A stretch of DNA of 38,729 nucleotides from a virus (Duplodnaviria; Caudoviricetes). Shown here in pieces: positions 26,322-36,004 of this stretch (the first letter of the stretch is position 1; the number at the start of each line of letters is the position of its first letter). The position numbers and the translations under genes were made by a program. The DNA lies in the IMG/VR virus record IMGVR_UViG_3300005837_000042, positions 1 through 38,729 of that record; one strand, written 5' to 3'. The notes under the pieces were generated by a model. The model ran no database searches, was not told the DNA's origin, and saw only the letters and a program-made list of their open reading frames with translations.

Positions 26322-29300
26322 ATGGCACAGTATGATTTGAATAGAATAGAAAAGTCTCTCAGTAAATTAGAGGACAACCTTACTGGTGACTATGGTGTCG
26401 GTGACTACGCTGTGGATATCGGTAAAGGTATGTTTGCTGGTGCTACTGACGCTCTTGAAGAAACAATACAGTTTGGCGGTCATGTTCTTGATAACGTCAT
26501 GGAAGTTGGTGGTCTATGGGAAGGTGCTACTGGTATTGACGGTAGAACCTACGAAGAAGGTTACGAGACAGCCAGACTTTTGTGGGAACCGCCTAGACCC
26601 AAGACAGGGGCTGGTCAGGTCGTAGAGGACATCACTCAGTTTGGTGTCGGACTTGTAGGGGCTGGTAAGTTAAAACTTGGACAAAAGCTTTTCGCCGCAC
26701 CTATTAAGGGTACTTGGAAAGCTGGTGCAAAAAAGTTCGGCAAGGACTCAGAAATCAAAGATGGTGGCAAGTTAGATAAGGTTATGGCTTCGGCTGGTAA
26801 CTCGATGGCATCCTCAATGGTTGCTCACAACCCTTATGATGAACGCCTGTCAGATATCATTGAGGAGTATCCTAGCTTATCAAATCCAGTTAGCCGATTC
26901 TTACAAGCTGAAGACGGTGACAGTGAGGGTCTACTTCGGTTGAAGATGGCACTAGAAGACTTAGCTTTAACTGGCCCTATGGAAGCCGCTATCTTTGCGT
27001 TTGCTAAAGGTGCAAAGAAACTGCGTAAGGCAAAGACCCCTGATGAGGTAGTTAAGGTTACTGAGGAAACAAACTCAGAGATTGCCGCCGCATCAGCAAA
27101 GAATAAGAAGGAACGCCAAGCCAAGACTGCCGCCGATAAAAAGGCACGAAAGGCCGCAGATAAAGAAGCCAAGGTAATTGCTGACAAGCAAAAGAAGGGT
27201 GAAGACACTTCTTCTATGCCTCGCCCAAAGACAACTGCATACCTAGCGGATGACATTGATAACGGCGCGGCGGCTAAAGGTCTAGCACGAGAAGACCATC
27301 TTACAAAGAACTTCAAACACTCTGAGTTGGTTGCCAAGGCTACCGCTGTGGGTGCGAAGGTATCCAAGAAAGATACGAAGCGTGTTCTTGCAAACCGAAT
27401 ACTAGAGAAGACGCACCCTAACGGTAAGAAGTTTACTGCTGAAGAGCCTGTAGAGGTTGTAGTTAAAAATGCTGACTCTGGTACTACCAAAGCGGCGCTT
27501 CCTAAGAAGGGTTTTAATGCGGCACAGGTAAAAGCACTTACGAAAGGTGTACAATCACCAAGGGACATCCAAGAAGTTTTCGATGAGTCCAAAGGTGGTG
27601 TACGTCTGTTCAATCGGAACAAATATGGTGACGTTCCCATTGTTAACTATAACGATGATGTTACCTCTATTATCCAAGACACCATAAACGCTATGCGTCC
27701 AACCCTTGATAAAATCAAAGGGCATAAGGACACAGAACAAACAGCAAAAGAAATTTCTGAGTTGTTGTCTGCTACTACTGGCCTAAAGGCTGACCAGTGG
27801 CTGGACTCTGCGTTTGTGTACGGTAAGACCATTGAGGAAGCTACAGTTGTCCTTGGGGCTATCGACAGTCTTCTTATGGAGTCTGGTGCAAGGTTGCATA
27901 AGATATTCTCAGACAAACGCTTTGATACTGACCTAAATATTAAGCAGAAGGGTCTAGATGAACTTTCTCATTTCAACAAGCTTCTTGCCGCTGTTAAGCA
28001 AGTAGAAACGCCTATTGGTCGTGGTCTACAGTCACGCAAGAACAAGATTGTTGATGCTGATGCAATGAACTCGCAAGCCGCCGAATTGGGTGGCGAGGCC
28101 GCACTCAGAAAGTTTCGCACCACAGTACTTTCTTCTGGTGGGGACATCCGCAATGTAACCAAAGCCGCATCTATGGGTATGACCAAATGGCACAAAGGTT
28201 TTGCTATGGGTGGTGAGTTCTTCAGGTCTATGATTCTGTTTAACATTAAGACCCACGTTACTAATACAATGTCTGGTTTTACTGAGACTGTTCTCATACC
28301 GTCAGAGCGTTTCGTTGGTTCTTACCTTGATTGGCGTGTAAACCCTTTTGGACAAGAAGCAAAAGCCGTTCGTCAGGATGTTCGTTACCACATGATAGGT
28401 CTGTTCTCCACGTTTAAAGACTCCATCAGGATGGCTAATAAGTCTTTGCAAGCTGAGAGGAACTTCCTTGACCCTGCAAACACCAAGCTTGATGGCATGG
28501 ATGTCGAGAACAAGCTGACCTCTGGTTTTGTTGGTTTGCGTAAGGAAAGCCTCCTTGGGCGAAATGTGGACACTATCGGTAAGATTTCTCGTGGTTCTCT
28601 CCGCGCACTTGGAGCAGAAGACGAGTTCTTTAAACAGATAAACTACAGAGCGCGAATATTTGCTAATGCCATGCGTGAAGCAGATGCGCTTTTTATGGCT
28701 GGTAAGTTAGATAAGGATGGCATGAAAGCCTACGCCATGAAGAAGGTGGATGAGTCTTTCGATGATGCTGGTCGTGGTATTGATAAAGACAGTACCCAAT
28801 ATGCCCGTGAGGTGACGTTTACTGAAGACCTAGATAAAGGCTCTTTTGCTCTGAAGCTACAGCAAGCAACGCAACAGCATCCATCATTTCAGCTTTTCCT
28901 ACCCTTTGTTCGTACCCCAACAAACCTTATTGTTCGTGGCGTACAGAGAACGCCGTTAGCATTTGGCCTTTCTAAGAGATTTCAAGAAACGCTGAAAAAC
29001 GGTACACAAGCAGAGCGGTCACAAATGTTAGGCCGTGTGGCTCTGGGTACTACCCTGCTTGGCGGAATGACGGCACTGTCTTTTGAAGGTAAACTTACGG
29101 GTGCTGGCCCTGTTGACCCTGCACAGAACAAACTGTGGAGAGCGGCGGGTAACCAACCTTATAGCATACTTGTTAATGACCAGTGGTATTCATACAACCG
29201 CTTTGACCCTGTGATGATGCCTGTCGGTCTTATAGCTAACTACTTTGATATGTCAAAACACTTAGACGAACCAACCACGATGGATGTTATTTCTACTTCG

Positions 29301-30047
29301 GCGTTTGCGTTGTCTCAGACCATTCAGGATAAAGCATACCTTCAGGGTATCGCCAATCTCCTTGATGCCATTTCAGTAGGCTCTGAGCAAGACATGAATA
29401 GGGCTGGTACATGGATGGAAAACACTGTTACTTCGTTTATCCCTGCCGCACCCCTGCAAGTTGTAGAAGGTGTCCAGAGGCTAACTAACGAAGAAGGTAA
29501 CTTCCCAGAACTTCGTGAAGCCGTAGGTCTTGTTGATAAGATACGCAGACGTATACCCGCGCTTAACGAACAGCTACCACCAAAGTACAACTGGCTCACT
29601 GGTGAGGCCATCGTAAACCCAGACCCCTTCTCTACAGGCTTTCCTGTAGTCCCAGCTAACACAAAGGTTACTGAGGTGGGTACTGAGTTGATGCGCCTGA
29701 ACTACCCGTTTAGGGGTGTGCCAAGAACACTTGAAGGTATCAAGTTAACAAGTGAACAACTAGCGTTCTGGTCAAAGCAAATGGGGTCAACCACACTCAG
29801 TGGTAAAACCATGCTTGATACCATTGCGGCAGTTATGCGTAAGGCTGGATACGATAAGACAGACATGAGTGTCTACGATGGTATCAACCTCACTGCTGAA
29901 ATCAAAGTAATCACAGAAGTCATGTCAGCATATCGTTCAAAGGCGAGAGCCGAGTTGCTTGCACAGTTCCCTGAATTAAGCAGGGAGTACACTGCGCGAA
30001 GAGCAAACGATAGAGCGGGTAGACAACTACTAGAAACAAATAGGTAA
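26322..30047 (+). CDS. Internal virion protein, gp16-like (1241 aa)
   Basis: DEFFKQINYR, AREVTFT, PFVRTPTN, G.LTGAGP, QPYSI, SYNRFDP; position. Confidence 0.85.
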   Translation: MAQYDLNRIEKSLSKLEDNLTGDYGVGDYAVDIGKGMFAGATDALEETIQFGGHVLDNVMEVGGLWEGATGIDGRTYEEGYETARLLWEPPRPKTGAGQVVEDITQFGVGLVGAGKLKLGQKLFAAPIKGTWKAGAKKFGKDSEIKDGGKLDKVMASAGNSMASSMVAHNPYDERLSDIIEEYPSLSNPVSRFLQAEDGDSEGLLRLKMALEDLALTGPMEAAIFAFAKGAKKLRKAKTPDEVVKVTEETNSEIAAASAKNKKERQAKTAADKKARKAADKEAKVIADKQKKGEDTSSMPRPKTTAYLADDIDNGAAAKGLAREDHLTKNFKHSELVAKATAVGAKVSKKDTKRVLANRILEKTHPNGKKFTAEEPVEVVVKNADSGTTKAALPKKGFNAAQVKALTKGVQSPRDIQEVFDESKGGVRLFNRNKYGDVPIVNYNDDVTSIIQDTINAMRPTLDKIKGHKDTEQTAKEISELLSATTGLKADQWLDSAFVYGKTIEEATVVLGAIDSLLMESGARLHKIFSDKRFDTDLNIKQKGLDELSHFNKLLAAVKQVETPIGRGLQSRKNKIVDADAMNSQAAELGGEAALRKFRTTVLSSGGDIRNVTKAASMGMTKWHKGFAMGGEFFRSMILFNIKTHVTNTMSGFTETVLIPSERFVGSYLDWRVNPFGQEAKAVRQDVRYHMIGLFSTFKDSIRMANKSLQAERNFLDPANTKLDGMDVENKLTSGFVGLRKESLLGRNVDTIGKISRGSLRALGAEDEFFKQINYRARIFANAMREADALFMAGKLDKDGMKAYAMKKVDESFDDAGRGIDKDSTQYAREVTFTEDLDKGSFALKLQQATQQHPSFQLFLPFVRTPTNLIVRGVQRTPLAFGLSKRFQETLKNGTQAERSQMLGRVALGTTLLGGMTALSFEGKLTGAGPVDPAQNKLWRAAGNQPYSILVNDQWYSYNRFDPVMMPVGLIANYFDMSKHLDEPTTMDVISTSAFALSQTIQDKAYLQGIANLLDAISVGSEQDMNRAGTWMENTVTSFIPAAPLQVVEGVQRLTNEEGNFPELREAVGLVDKIRRRIPALNEQLPPKYNWLTGEAIVNPDPFSTGFPVVPANTKVTEVGTELMRLNYPFRGVPRTLEGIKLTSEQLAFWSKQMGSTTLSGKTMLDTIAAVMRKAGYDKTDMSVYDGINLTAEIKVITEVMSAYRSKARAELLAQFPELSREYTARRANDRAGRQLLETNR

Positions 30048-30052
30048 AAGAA

Positions 30053-30976
30053 ATGCCATTATCATACAAAGAAATCACCTCCAATGGGTCAGCTTCACAA
30101 GACTTGTCTTTTAGCTTTGACTACATCGAGGTGACACACCTTTCTGTGTATGTAGATGGTACACTCAAAACATATCAGACCCACTGGAATCTACCTGACA
30201 CTAACCGCGTTGAATTTGCGTCAGGACAGCATCCTTCTAGTGGGTCTGTGATACGAATAGAGCGTACCACACCCTCTACTACACGGGTCGTAGACTTTCA
30301 GGATGGCTCAGTGCTGTCTGAAAAAGACTTGGATGACTCCGCAAGGCAGTTATTCTTCATATCACAAGAAGCGGCAGACACCGCTGGCGAAGGTATTACC
30401 AGAAACAGTACTGGTGACTTTGACGCAAACATAAGTGGTGTCAATCGTAGGATTCAAAACGTAGCAGACCCTGTAGATTTACAGGATGTAGCTACAAAGA
30501 ACTTTATCCAAACACAAACAGCGGCTGACTTGGCCTTGGTTACTACTGCGCGACAAACCGCAGAGCAACATAAAGACGATGCCGAGACAGCCAGAGATGA
30601 TGCTGTATCCGCTAAAAATCAGGCGGTATCTGCAAAGACTGACGCAGAGACAGCAAAAACCCTAGCACAAACAGCGGAACAAAACGCACAGACCAACGCG
30701 AATACCGCTCAAGGCTACTTATCTGCGGCTTCGTTGCCACAGGGACTTACTGGACAAGCTGATAAGTTTCTTCAGGTTCGTGACGATGAAACTGGTTATG
30801 AGTTGGTGTCCTCTGTGGCCTCTCCGCAGTTCTTCGGTTTTAAGCTGTTAGCTGATGGTACTGTTCAACATGACCACGGTAAGCTGAATGTAAACGTAGC
30901 GGATTACGATACCTACTACATGGGTGAAAACATCTCATTTGATATAACAAACAATAATCTTGTTATGACATACTAA
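30053..30976 (+). CDS. Tail fibre/adaptor with T7 gp17 N-terminal domain
   Basis: FSFDYI, IRIERTT, VDFQDGSVLSEKDLD, QLFFISQE, followed by coiled coil. Confidence 0.9.
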   Translation: MPLSYKEITSNGSASQDLSFSFDYIEVTHLSVYVDGTLKTYQTHWNLPDTNRVEFASGQHPSSGSVIRIERTTPSTTRVVDFQDGSVLSEKDLDDSARQLFFISQEAADTAGEGITRNSTGDFDANISGVNRRIQNVADPVDLQDVATKNFIQTQTAADLALVTTARQTAEQHKDDAETARDDAVSAKNQAVSAKTDAETAKTLAQTAEQNAQTNANTAQGYLSAASLPQGLTGQADKFLQVRDDETGYELVSSVASPQFFGFKLLADGTVQHDHGKLNVNVADYDTYYMGENISFDITNNNLVMTY

Positions 30977-30987
30977 AGGACGATGCA

Positions 30988-32637
30988 ATGCAAATAGACG
31001 TAAAGAAAATTGGGCATCGTTGGAAGGGTGTATATAACTCTAACGCAACCTATGAAAAGGGTGATGTGGTAAGAGTTGGTGATGACGTAAAGGTAGTCAA
31101 TGCCGATGGTACTCTTTCTGAATTTGCCCAAGGACAACAAAGCCTGACTGATAAGGGTCAGGTACTTACTGACCGTGCTACACCTGTTCAGGGTAAGAAT
31201 GGTCAGATACTACACAGCGCGGCAAGCGGTAGTGATTATACTCCGCAGTTTCGTTTTACTGATGAGCGTAATGGTACAAAAGCTGTTAGCTTGTTACAAA
31301 GCAATAACAAAGGCCACATGAAGTATACCTGTAATGGTGAACAGGCTGGCGCGGTAATGACCGATGGTACGCTCAGAGTTATTGGTAGATTTACGAGCGG
31401 TCAGGCTGGAATGGGAAACAGAGACATTAGCAGAGGACTTGCTAGTGTAATTCCTTTTCCAAAAGGTACTTATATTGTCAAAGCTTGGAAAGCTGTAGAC
31501 CATATATTTGCTGTGGATTCTACAGGTAAACTGTGGGGTACTGGTAATGGTTATAGTGGAAACGGTACAAGTTCTGTTTGCCCAATAATGACGGATATCT
31601 CAACAAACAGTGACATTGGCGATGACAAGATTGTAGACTTTGACAGCCAGTACGATTGGTACGGTCATAAGCAAAACTTTGCAATTGGTGAGTCTGGTAA
31701 GTTGTACGCTTGGGGCAGTAACCGACACGGTTCACTTGGACTAGGTGATACTACTGCAAGATACAGCCCGACTCTTGTACCTCTCCCATATGACGAAGGG
31801 GTAAAGATTAAGAAAGCCTACAACAACGGGCAGTACCATAATGGCTCTATGATTATTGATACCGATGATAATCTATGGGGATGTGGACACGCTACCCAAT
31901 ACTTTGGTGGCGATGACACCATTTATTCTTTCCGTAAGAACACTCTGTTTACTGATGTTGCTCATGTCACCTCACACGAGTCTGATGGACATTGGGCGGC
32001 TGGTAACCAGTACTATAGGTCTAACCTACTTACACGAAACAATGGTGACTTATATGTAGCCGCCGTTAGCGTAGGTGGGCAAGTAGGGTTCAGTCATCCA
32101 AACCAAGAGGCGGCTTATCCTGACCTTGGTGACGTATGGTTAACAGGTGTTAAATATGCGGCTGTTAAGAATGGTGGTTATGACCAAGTAGTAGCCCTGA
32201 TGAAAAATGGTACTGTTATGGGTCGTGGATACTCACCTCTTAGTGGTACAGGCGGAAACACTTCTGTTTGGACAGCGTGGCCTCAGATTACTGACGCTGT
32301 AGAGATGTGGGGCGTTGGGGCTAGACACGGACAGGCTGTAGACATCTTAACCCAGCGCGGAACTATCTGGTCTGTTGGGTACAACAACGGCACTGGCGCG
32401 GGTGATGCTAGTCAAAACGGTACTGCAATATCTACTAGCACATTGAAAGAAGTTCTACACCCTTACGCATTCGTGGACGTAGCAAAATCTGGTTATCAGT
32501 ACGATGGTACTAATAATCACTCAACTTATGCTCTTGATGAGCATGGTGACGTTTACATCTGGGGTAGCGGTAGATACGAGCGTGGTGCTGGTAACGATTC
32601 CGAAGAAATGTACGTTCCGACACAGATTAAATTTTAA
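30988..32637 (+). CDS. Tail-associated protein with RCC1/BLIP-II-like beta-propeller repeats
   Basis: N-terminal WKGVY...Y...DVV module; repeats such as GKLYAWGSNRHGSLGLGDT..RYSP. Confidence 0.8.
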   Translation: MQIDVKKIGHRWKGVYNSNATYEKGDVVRVGDDVKVVNADGTLSEFAQGQQSLTDKGQVLTDRATPVQGKNGQILHSAASGSDYTPQFRFTDERNGTKAVSLLQSNNKGHMKYTCNGEQAGAVMTDGTLRVIGRFTSGQAGMGNRDISRGLASVIPFPKGTYIVKAWKAVDHIFAVDSTGKLWGTGNGYSGNGTSSVCPIMTDISTNSDIGDDKIVDFDSQYDWYGHKQNFAIGESGKLYAWGSNRHGSLGLGDTTARYSPTLVPLPYDEGVKIKKAYNNGQYHNGSMIIDTDDNLWGCGHATQYFGGDDTIYSFRKNTLFTDVAHVTSHESDGHWAAGNQYYRSNLLTRNNGDLYVAAVSVGGQVGFSHPNQEAAYPDLGDVWLTGVKYAAVKNGGYDQVVALMKNGTVMGRGYSPLSGTGGNTSVWTAWPQITDAVEMWGVGARHGQAVDILTQRGTIWSVGYNNGTGAGDASQNGTAISTSTLKEVLHPYAFVDVAKSGYQYDGTNNHSTYALDEHGDVYIWGSGRYERGAGNDSEEMYVPTQIKF

Positions 32638-32651
32638 GATAGAGAGAAGTT

Positions 32652-34736
32652 ATGACAACAGTTAATCTTGGTAAAGTAGCCTTCTCGTGGAAAGGCGCAT
32701 GGTCAAGTGCTACAACATACTATGAACAAGATGTAGTTAGTCGAGATGGCTCTACTTATGTATGTGTGGCAACGACAAATTCTACTGCGGTAGACCCCAC
32801 GACAACAAACACTGATTGGGAAGTTTTCACTCAAGGCTTCTCAGCATCATCTGCTGGAAACGGTGGTGTTATTTATTCTGATGGTACTAGCTTACAAACC
32901 CTTGCGGCTGGTAATGCTAATCAAGTACTCAAGATAAATAACTCTGGTGTACCCGAATGGTCAGACACAACGTATCGTTCTGGTATGCGTGTTAAACAGT
33001 TATGGGATAACACTCGTTCTGCATACCGTAAGATGATGGTTCTTATGGAAGATGACCTTCTTAAAGTATGGGGTTATAACGGTACTCACTACCAGCTTGG
33101 TCTTGGAAACAACGGTAATAACAAAAGTTACCCTACACGAGTAGCGTTTCCATATGGCTTTGCTGGCGTAAGGGCTATCCCTAATAAGCATGGGACATCC
33201 CCCCACCCTACTGGCTTGATTGTCGATAAGGTGGTAACAGTAGCGGCTGTGAGTGGTTCTGATAAGTTTCATATTGATGGTACAGCTAACCCTACACAGT
33301 TACTTACAAAAGGTACTACCTATAAGTTTGATGTATCAGACTCAAGTGTAGCTGGACATCCTCTTGTATTTAAGGATGGCACAGGGGCCGCATATACAAC
33401 TGGGGTCACAACTTCAGGAACTGCTGGACAAGCAAACGCATACGTTCAGATTGCTGTACCTTTAAATGCTCCTGACAACCTAAGATACTCCTGTAGCGCA
33501 CATGGCGATGGAATGGGTAACACTATTACCACTGTCGAAGCCGCTGGTTGGTATAAGAAGAATTGGGGCATGGACTACGCCTACGTTTCATGGTGTGTCG
33601 ATAAGAGTGGCAACCTGTGGACATGGGGTGCAAATCAACATGGTGAGACAGGTACTGGGAACACAAGTAATGTTTATATCCCTTACAACGCATCAGCAGA
33701 TTCTAATAACTCCATTTATGGTAAGACTGTAGATTATGTTGCCGCACCTTCAGGTACTGCCAATTCTCACATTGGACTATGGATAGTATGTACAGACGGT
33801 ACACTTCACTACTCTGGTTACAACGGTCACGGACAATCTGGTCAAGGTAATACTAATAGCACCAATAACTTTGTACATATTAGTACTCTGTTTTATGACC
33901 AAGTACAGGTCGTTGCTGGTTCTGTAAATTACCCCTTTGTTATCATGTTAGATGAGCAAGGCGTACTCCGCTTTGTTGGTCACTCAGGGTATACAACAAA
34001 CGGCGCGAATACCACTAACGCTTCTATTCCTACAGTTATAGCTTTAGGTAACAATCGACTTGGCAACCCTATGAAGGTTGCTCAAATTATGTGCGTTTCT
34101 TCTCGCGGGGTCTGGATTAAAGACAGCCTTGGTGACATTTACAACTGGGGTAACGATAGTTCTAGCGGCTGGCTTGGTCGCGCCCAGAATGGCCCAAGTA
34201 CATTAGGCAGAGTGATGGACGTAACAACAGCTAATATCATTCAGATTGTACAATCAGGAAATTCCAACGGATATGGTGATTCTTCCTATATGTTAGCAGA
34301 TGATGGCACTGTCTACTCTGCTGGTTACAACGGTCATGGAGCATTAGGTACTGGTAGTACTACTAGCCGAAATACATATGCCGCAATGAACAACCTACCA
34401 ACAACCGCAGGGCAACGTGTAAAGTACATGGTAGCTGGCGGTAGTGATGGTTATCCAAAGTGGCATGGCCTTACAGAAGACGGTAAAGTATTTACTTGTG
34501 GCTATAACGGTAATGGCGGATTAGGTGTCGGTGATACCACCAATAGAACAAGTCCTATAGAAGTACCTATGCCAATGGTATGCACAGATATATGCCATGT
34601 TGGTTATTCGTCAGAACAGGGAACAGCATTCCTCTATGAGGATGGTTCTATGGCTCAGTGTGGCTATGCTGGTTCTAACCAGTTGGCTGACGATGATGCT
34701 GAACGTAGTGACGTTCCTATGACAATCCTATTCTAA
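32652..34736 (+). CDS. Tail-associated RCC1-like propeller protein with inserted cupredoxin-like domain
   Basis: N-terminal WKGAW..ATTY...DVV; repeats GNLWTWGANQHGETGTG, GTVYSAGYNGHGALGTG, GKVFTCGYNGNGGLGVG. Confidence 0.8.
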   Translation: MTTVNLGKVAFSWKGAWSSATTYYEQDVVSRDGSTYVCVATTNSTAVDPTTTNTDWEVFTQGFSASSAGNGGVIYSDGTSLQTLAAGNANQVLKINNSGVPEWSDTTYRSGMRVKQLWDNTRSAYRKMMVLMEDDLLKVWGYNGTHYQLGLGNNGNNKSYPTRVAFPYGFAGVRAIPNKHGTSPHPTGLIVDKVVTVAAVSGSDKFHIDGTANPTQLLTKGTTYKFDVSDSSVAGHPLVFKDGTGAAYTTGVTTSGTAGQANAYVQIAVPLNAPDNLRYSCSAHGDGMGNTITTVEAAGWYKKNWGMDYAYVSWCVDKSGNLWTWGANQHGETGTGNTSNVYIPYNASADSNNSIYGKTVDYVAAPSGTANSHIGLWIVCTDGTLHYSGYNGHGQSGQGNTNSTNNFVHISTLFYDQVQVVAGSVNYPFVIMLDEQGVLRFVGHSGYTTNGANTTNASIPTVIALGNNRLGNPMKVAQIMCVSSRGVWIKDSLGDIYNWGNDSSSGWLGRAQNGPSTLGRVMDVTTANIIQIVQSGNSNGYGDSSYMLADDGTVYSAGYNGHGALGTGSTTSRNTYAAMNNLPTTAGQRVKYMVAGGSDGYPKWHGLTEDGKVFTCGYNGNGGLGVGDTTNRTSPIEVPMPMVCTDICHVGYSSEQGTAFLYEDGSMAQCGYAGSNQLADDDAERSDVPMTILF

Positions 34737-34744
34737 GGGGCAAC

Positions 34745-34927
34745 ATGGTGGAAGAAACTAAAGCGCAGTTAGACGCACATGAGAGAGAATGTGCCATCCG
34801 ATATCAAAATGTCCACGACAAATTGGAAACTCTTGATAAACGGATGTGGCGTTTAGAAGCTATGATTATGGGGTCAACGGTAATTATCGTTGGCCTCTCG
34901 GCTTCTTTAATTATGAAAATCTTATAA
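34745..34927 (+). CDS. Small coiled-coil protein with C-terminal TM helix (XhlA/holin-like)
   Basis: HERECAIRY...LDKRMWRLE followed by hydrophobic tail. Confidence 0.65.
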   Translation: MVEETKAQLDAHERECAIRYQNVHDKLETLDKRMWRLEAMIMGSTVIIVGLSASLIMKIL

Positions 34928-34939
34928 GGGAGCAAGCAT

Positions 34940-35398
34940 ATGTTGGCGGAACTAGCCGCCGCAAATGCCGCCTTTGCGATTATCAAAAAAACGGTCACTA
35001 ATTCTGGTGACCTACTTCGTGCGGGGAAAGCAATCACCAAGTTTGTGGATGCTGAAGAAACCCTAAAGGCACGAGGTAATAAAAAGAAAAACTCCTTCTG
35101 GCGGAAGGTTGGGGGCAATCAAGGCTCTGACCTAGAAGAGTTCATGGCTCTTGAATCCATAAACCAGCAAAAGAAAGAACTTGAACAGGCCATGATTTAT
35201 TGTGGTCGGGCTGGTTTGTATGGCGATTGGGTGAAGTTCCAAAAAGATGCCCGTGTAAGGAGACAGCAAGAAGCCAAAGAACGTAAGCGTAAACAACAAG
35301 AGTTAACTGAGTTAATTCTGGTGACAGTCCTAATAATACTTGGGGGTGGGATTGCCGCTTGGCTTGCGTGGTTATGGCTCACATTTTCACGAGGATAA
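34940..35398 (+). CDS. Hypothetical protein with C-terminal TM helix
   Basis: LILVTVLIILGGGIAAWLAWLW; RBS GGGGAG. Confidence 0.75.
   Translation: MLAELAAANAAFAIIKKTVTNSGDLLRAGKAITKFVDAEETLKARGNKKKNSFWRKVGGNQGSDLEEFMALESINQQKKELEQAMIYCGRAGLYGDWVKFQKDARVRRQQEAKERKRKQQELTELILVTVLIILGGGIAAWLAWLWLTFSRG
35300..35317. promoter_or_regulatory. Motif A copy 7 (GAGTTAACTGAGTTAATT)
   Basis: Inside ORF 34940; encodes ELTELI. Confidence 0.65.
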
Positions 35399-35399
35399 A

Positions 35400-35621
35400 A
35401 TGTTCACAGCAATATTATTTGTATGTTCCATGCTAGACACCAACGAATGTTACAAGCTGGTTGATGACCGTGGCCCATACAAGACAGAGCAAAGATGTGT
35501 GACACGCATCGAAGAAATGATGTCAGATTTTAGTGACATACTTCCAGCAGAATACAAAGCCGTCAGATTTACTTGCATCAGTAAAGATGGGAGAGAAATA
35601 GCAGGGGGTGTAGCCACATGA
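35400..35621 (+). CDS. Hypothetical 73-aa four-Cys protein
   Basis: MFTAILFVC...EC...GPY.TE..C...FTC; ATG 35400 after GAGG. Confidence 0.7.
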   Translation: MFTAILFVCSMLDTNECYKLVDDRGPYKTEQRCVTRIEEMMSDFSDILPAEYKAVRFTCISKDGREIAGGVAT

Positions 35622-36004
35622 TAAATCTTTTAGTTCAAGGCTTAATGGGGGTAGCTGGCGATGCAGTCAGCGGCTTCATTGAGACTAAGAAAGCCAAAGC
35701 AAAGCAAAAGCTAATGCAGATAGAGGCTGAGACAACCCTGATGGAAAAGCAGATAGCTGGGGAAATCGAATGGGATGTAGCGGCTCAAAAAAATTCAAGC
35801 GGAAGTTGGAAAGATGAGTACCTCACAATTTTGTTCAGTATCCCACTTTTACTCTGCTTCTTGCCGTTCACTGTCGAGTACGTTGAACGTGGCTTTGAAG
35901 CGTTGGCACTCACACCTGACTGGTACAAATATACCCTTGGTGTAATCGTATCAGCTTCATTCGGTATTAAGGGTGCTACCAAAATGTTTGGGGGTAAGAA
36001 TTAA
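35618..36004 (+). CDS. Holin (3TM, GTA-holin-like)
   Basis: WD...SWKDEYLTILFSIP...PDWY..LGVIVSASFGI. Confidence 0.8.
   Translation: MINLLVQGLMGVAGDAVSGFIETKKAKAKQKLMQIEAETTLMEKQIAGEIEWDVAAQKNSSGSWKDEYLTILFSIPLLLCFLPFTVEYVERGFEALALTPDWYKYTLGVIVSASFGIKGATKMFGGKN

Noticed and set aside
26834-27640. 268-aa antisense ORF (and other minus-strand ORFs such as 19328-19900 and 12734-13219)
   Set aside because: Shadow frames of codon-biased plus-strand genes; no RBS or recognisable motifs
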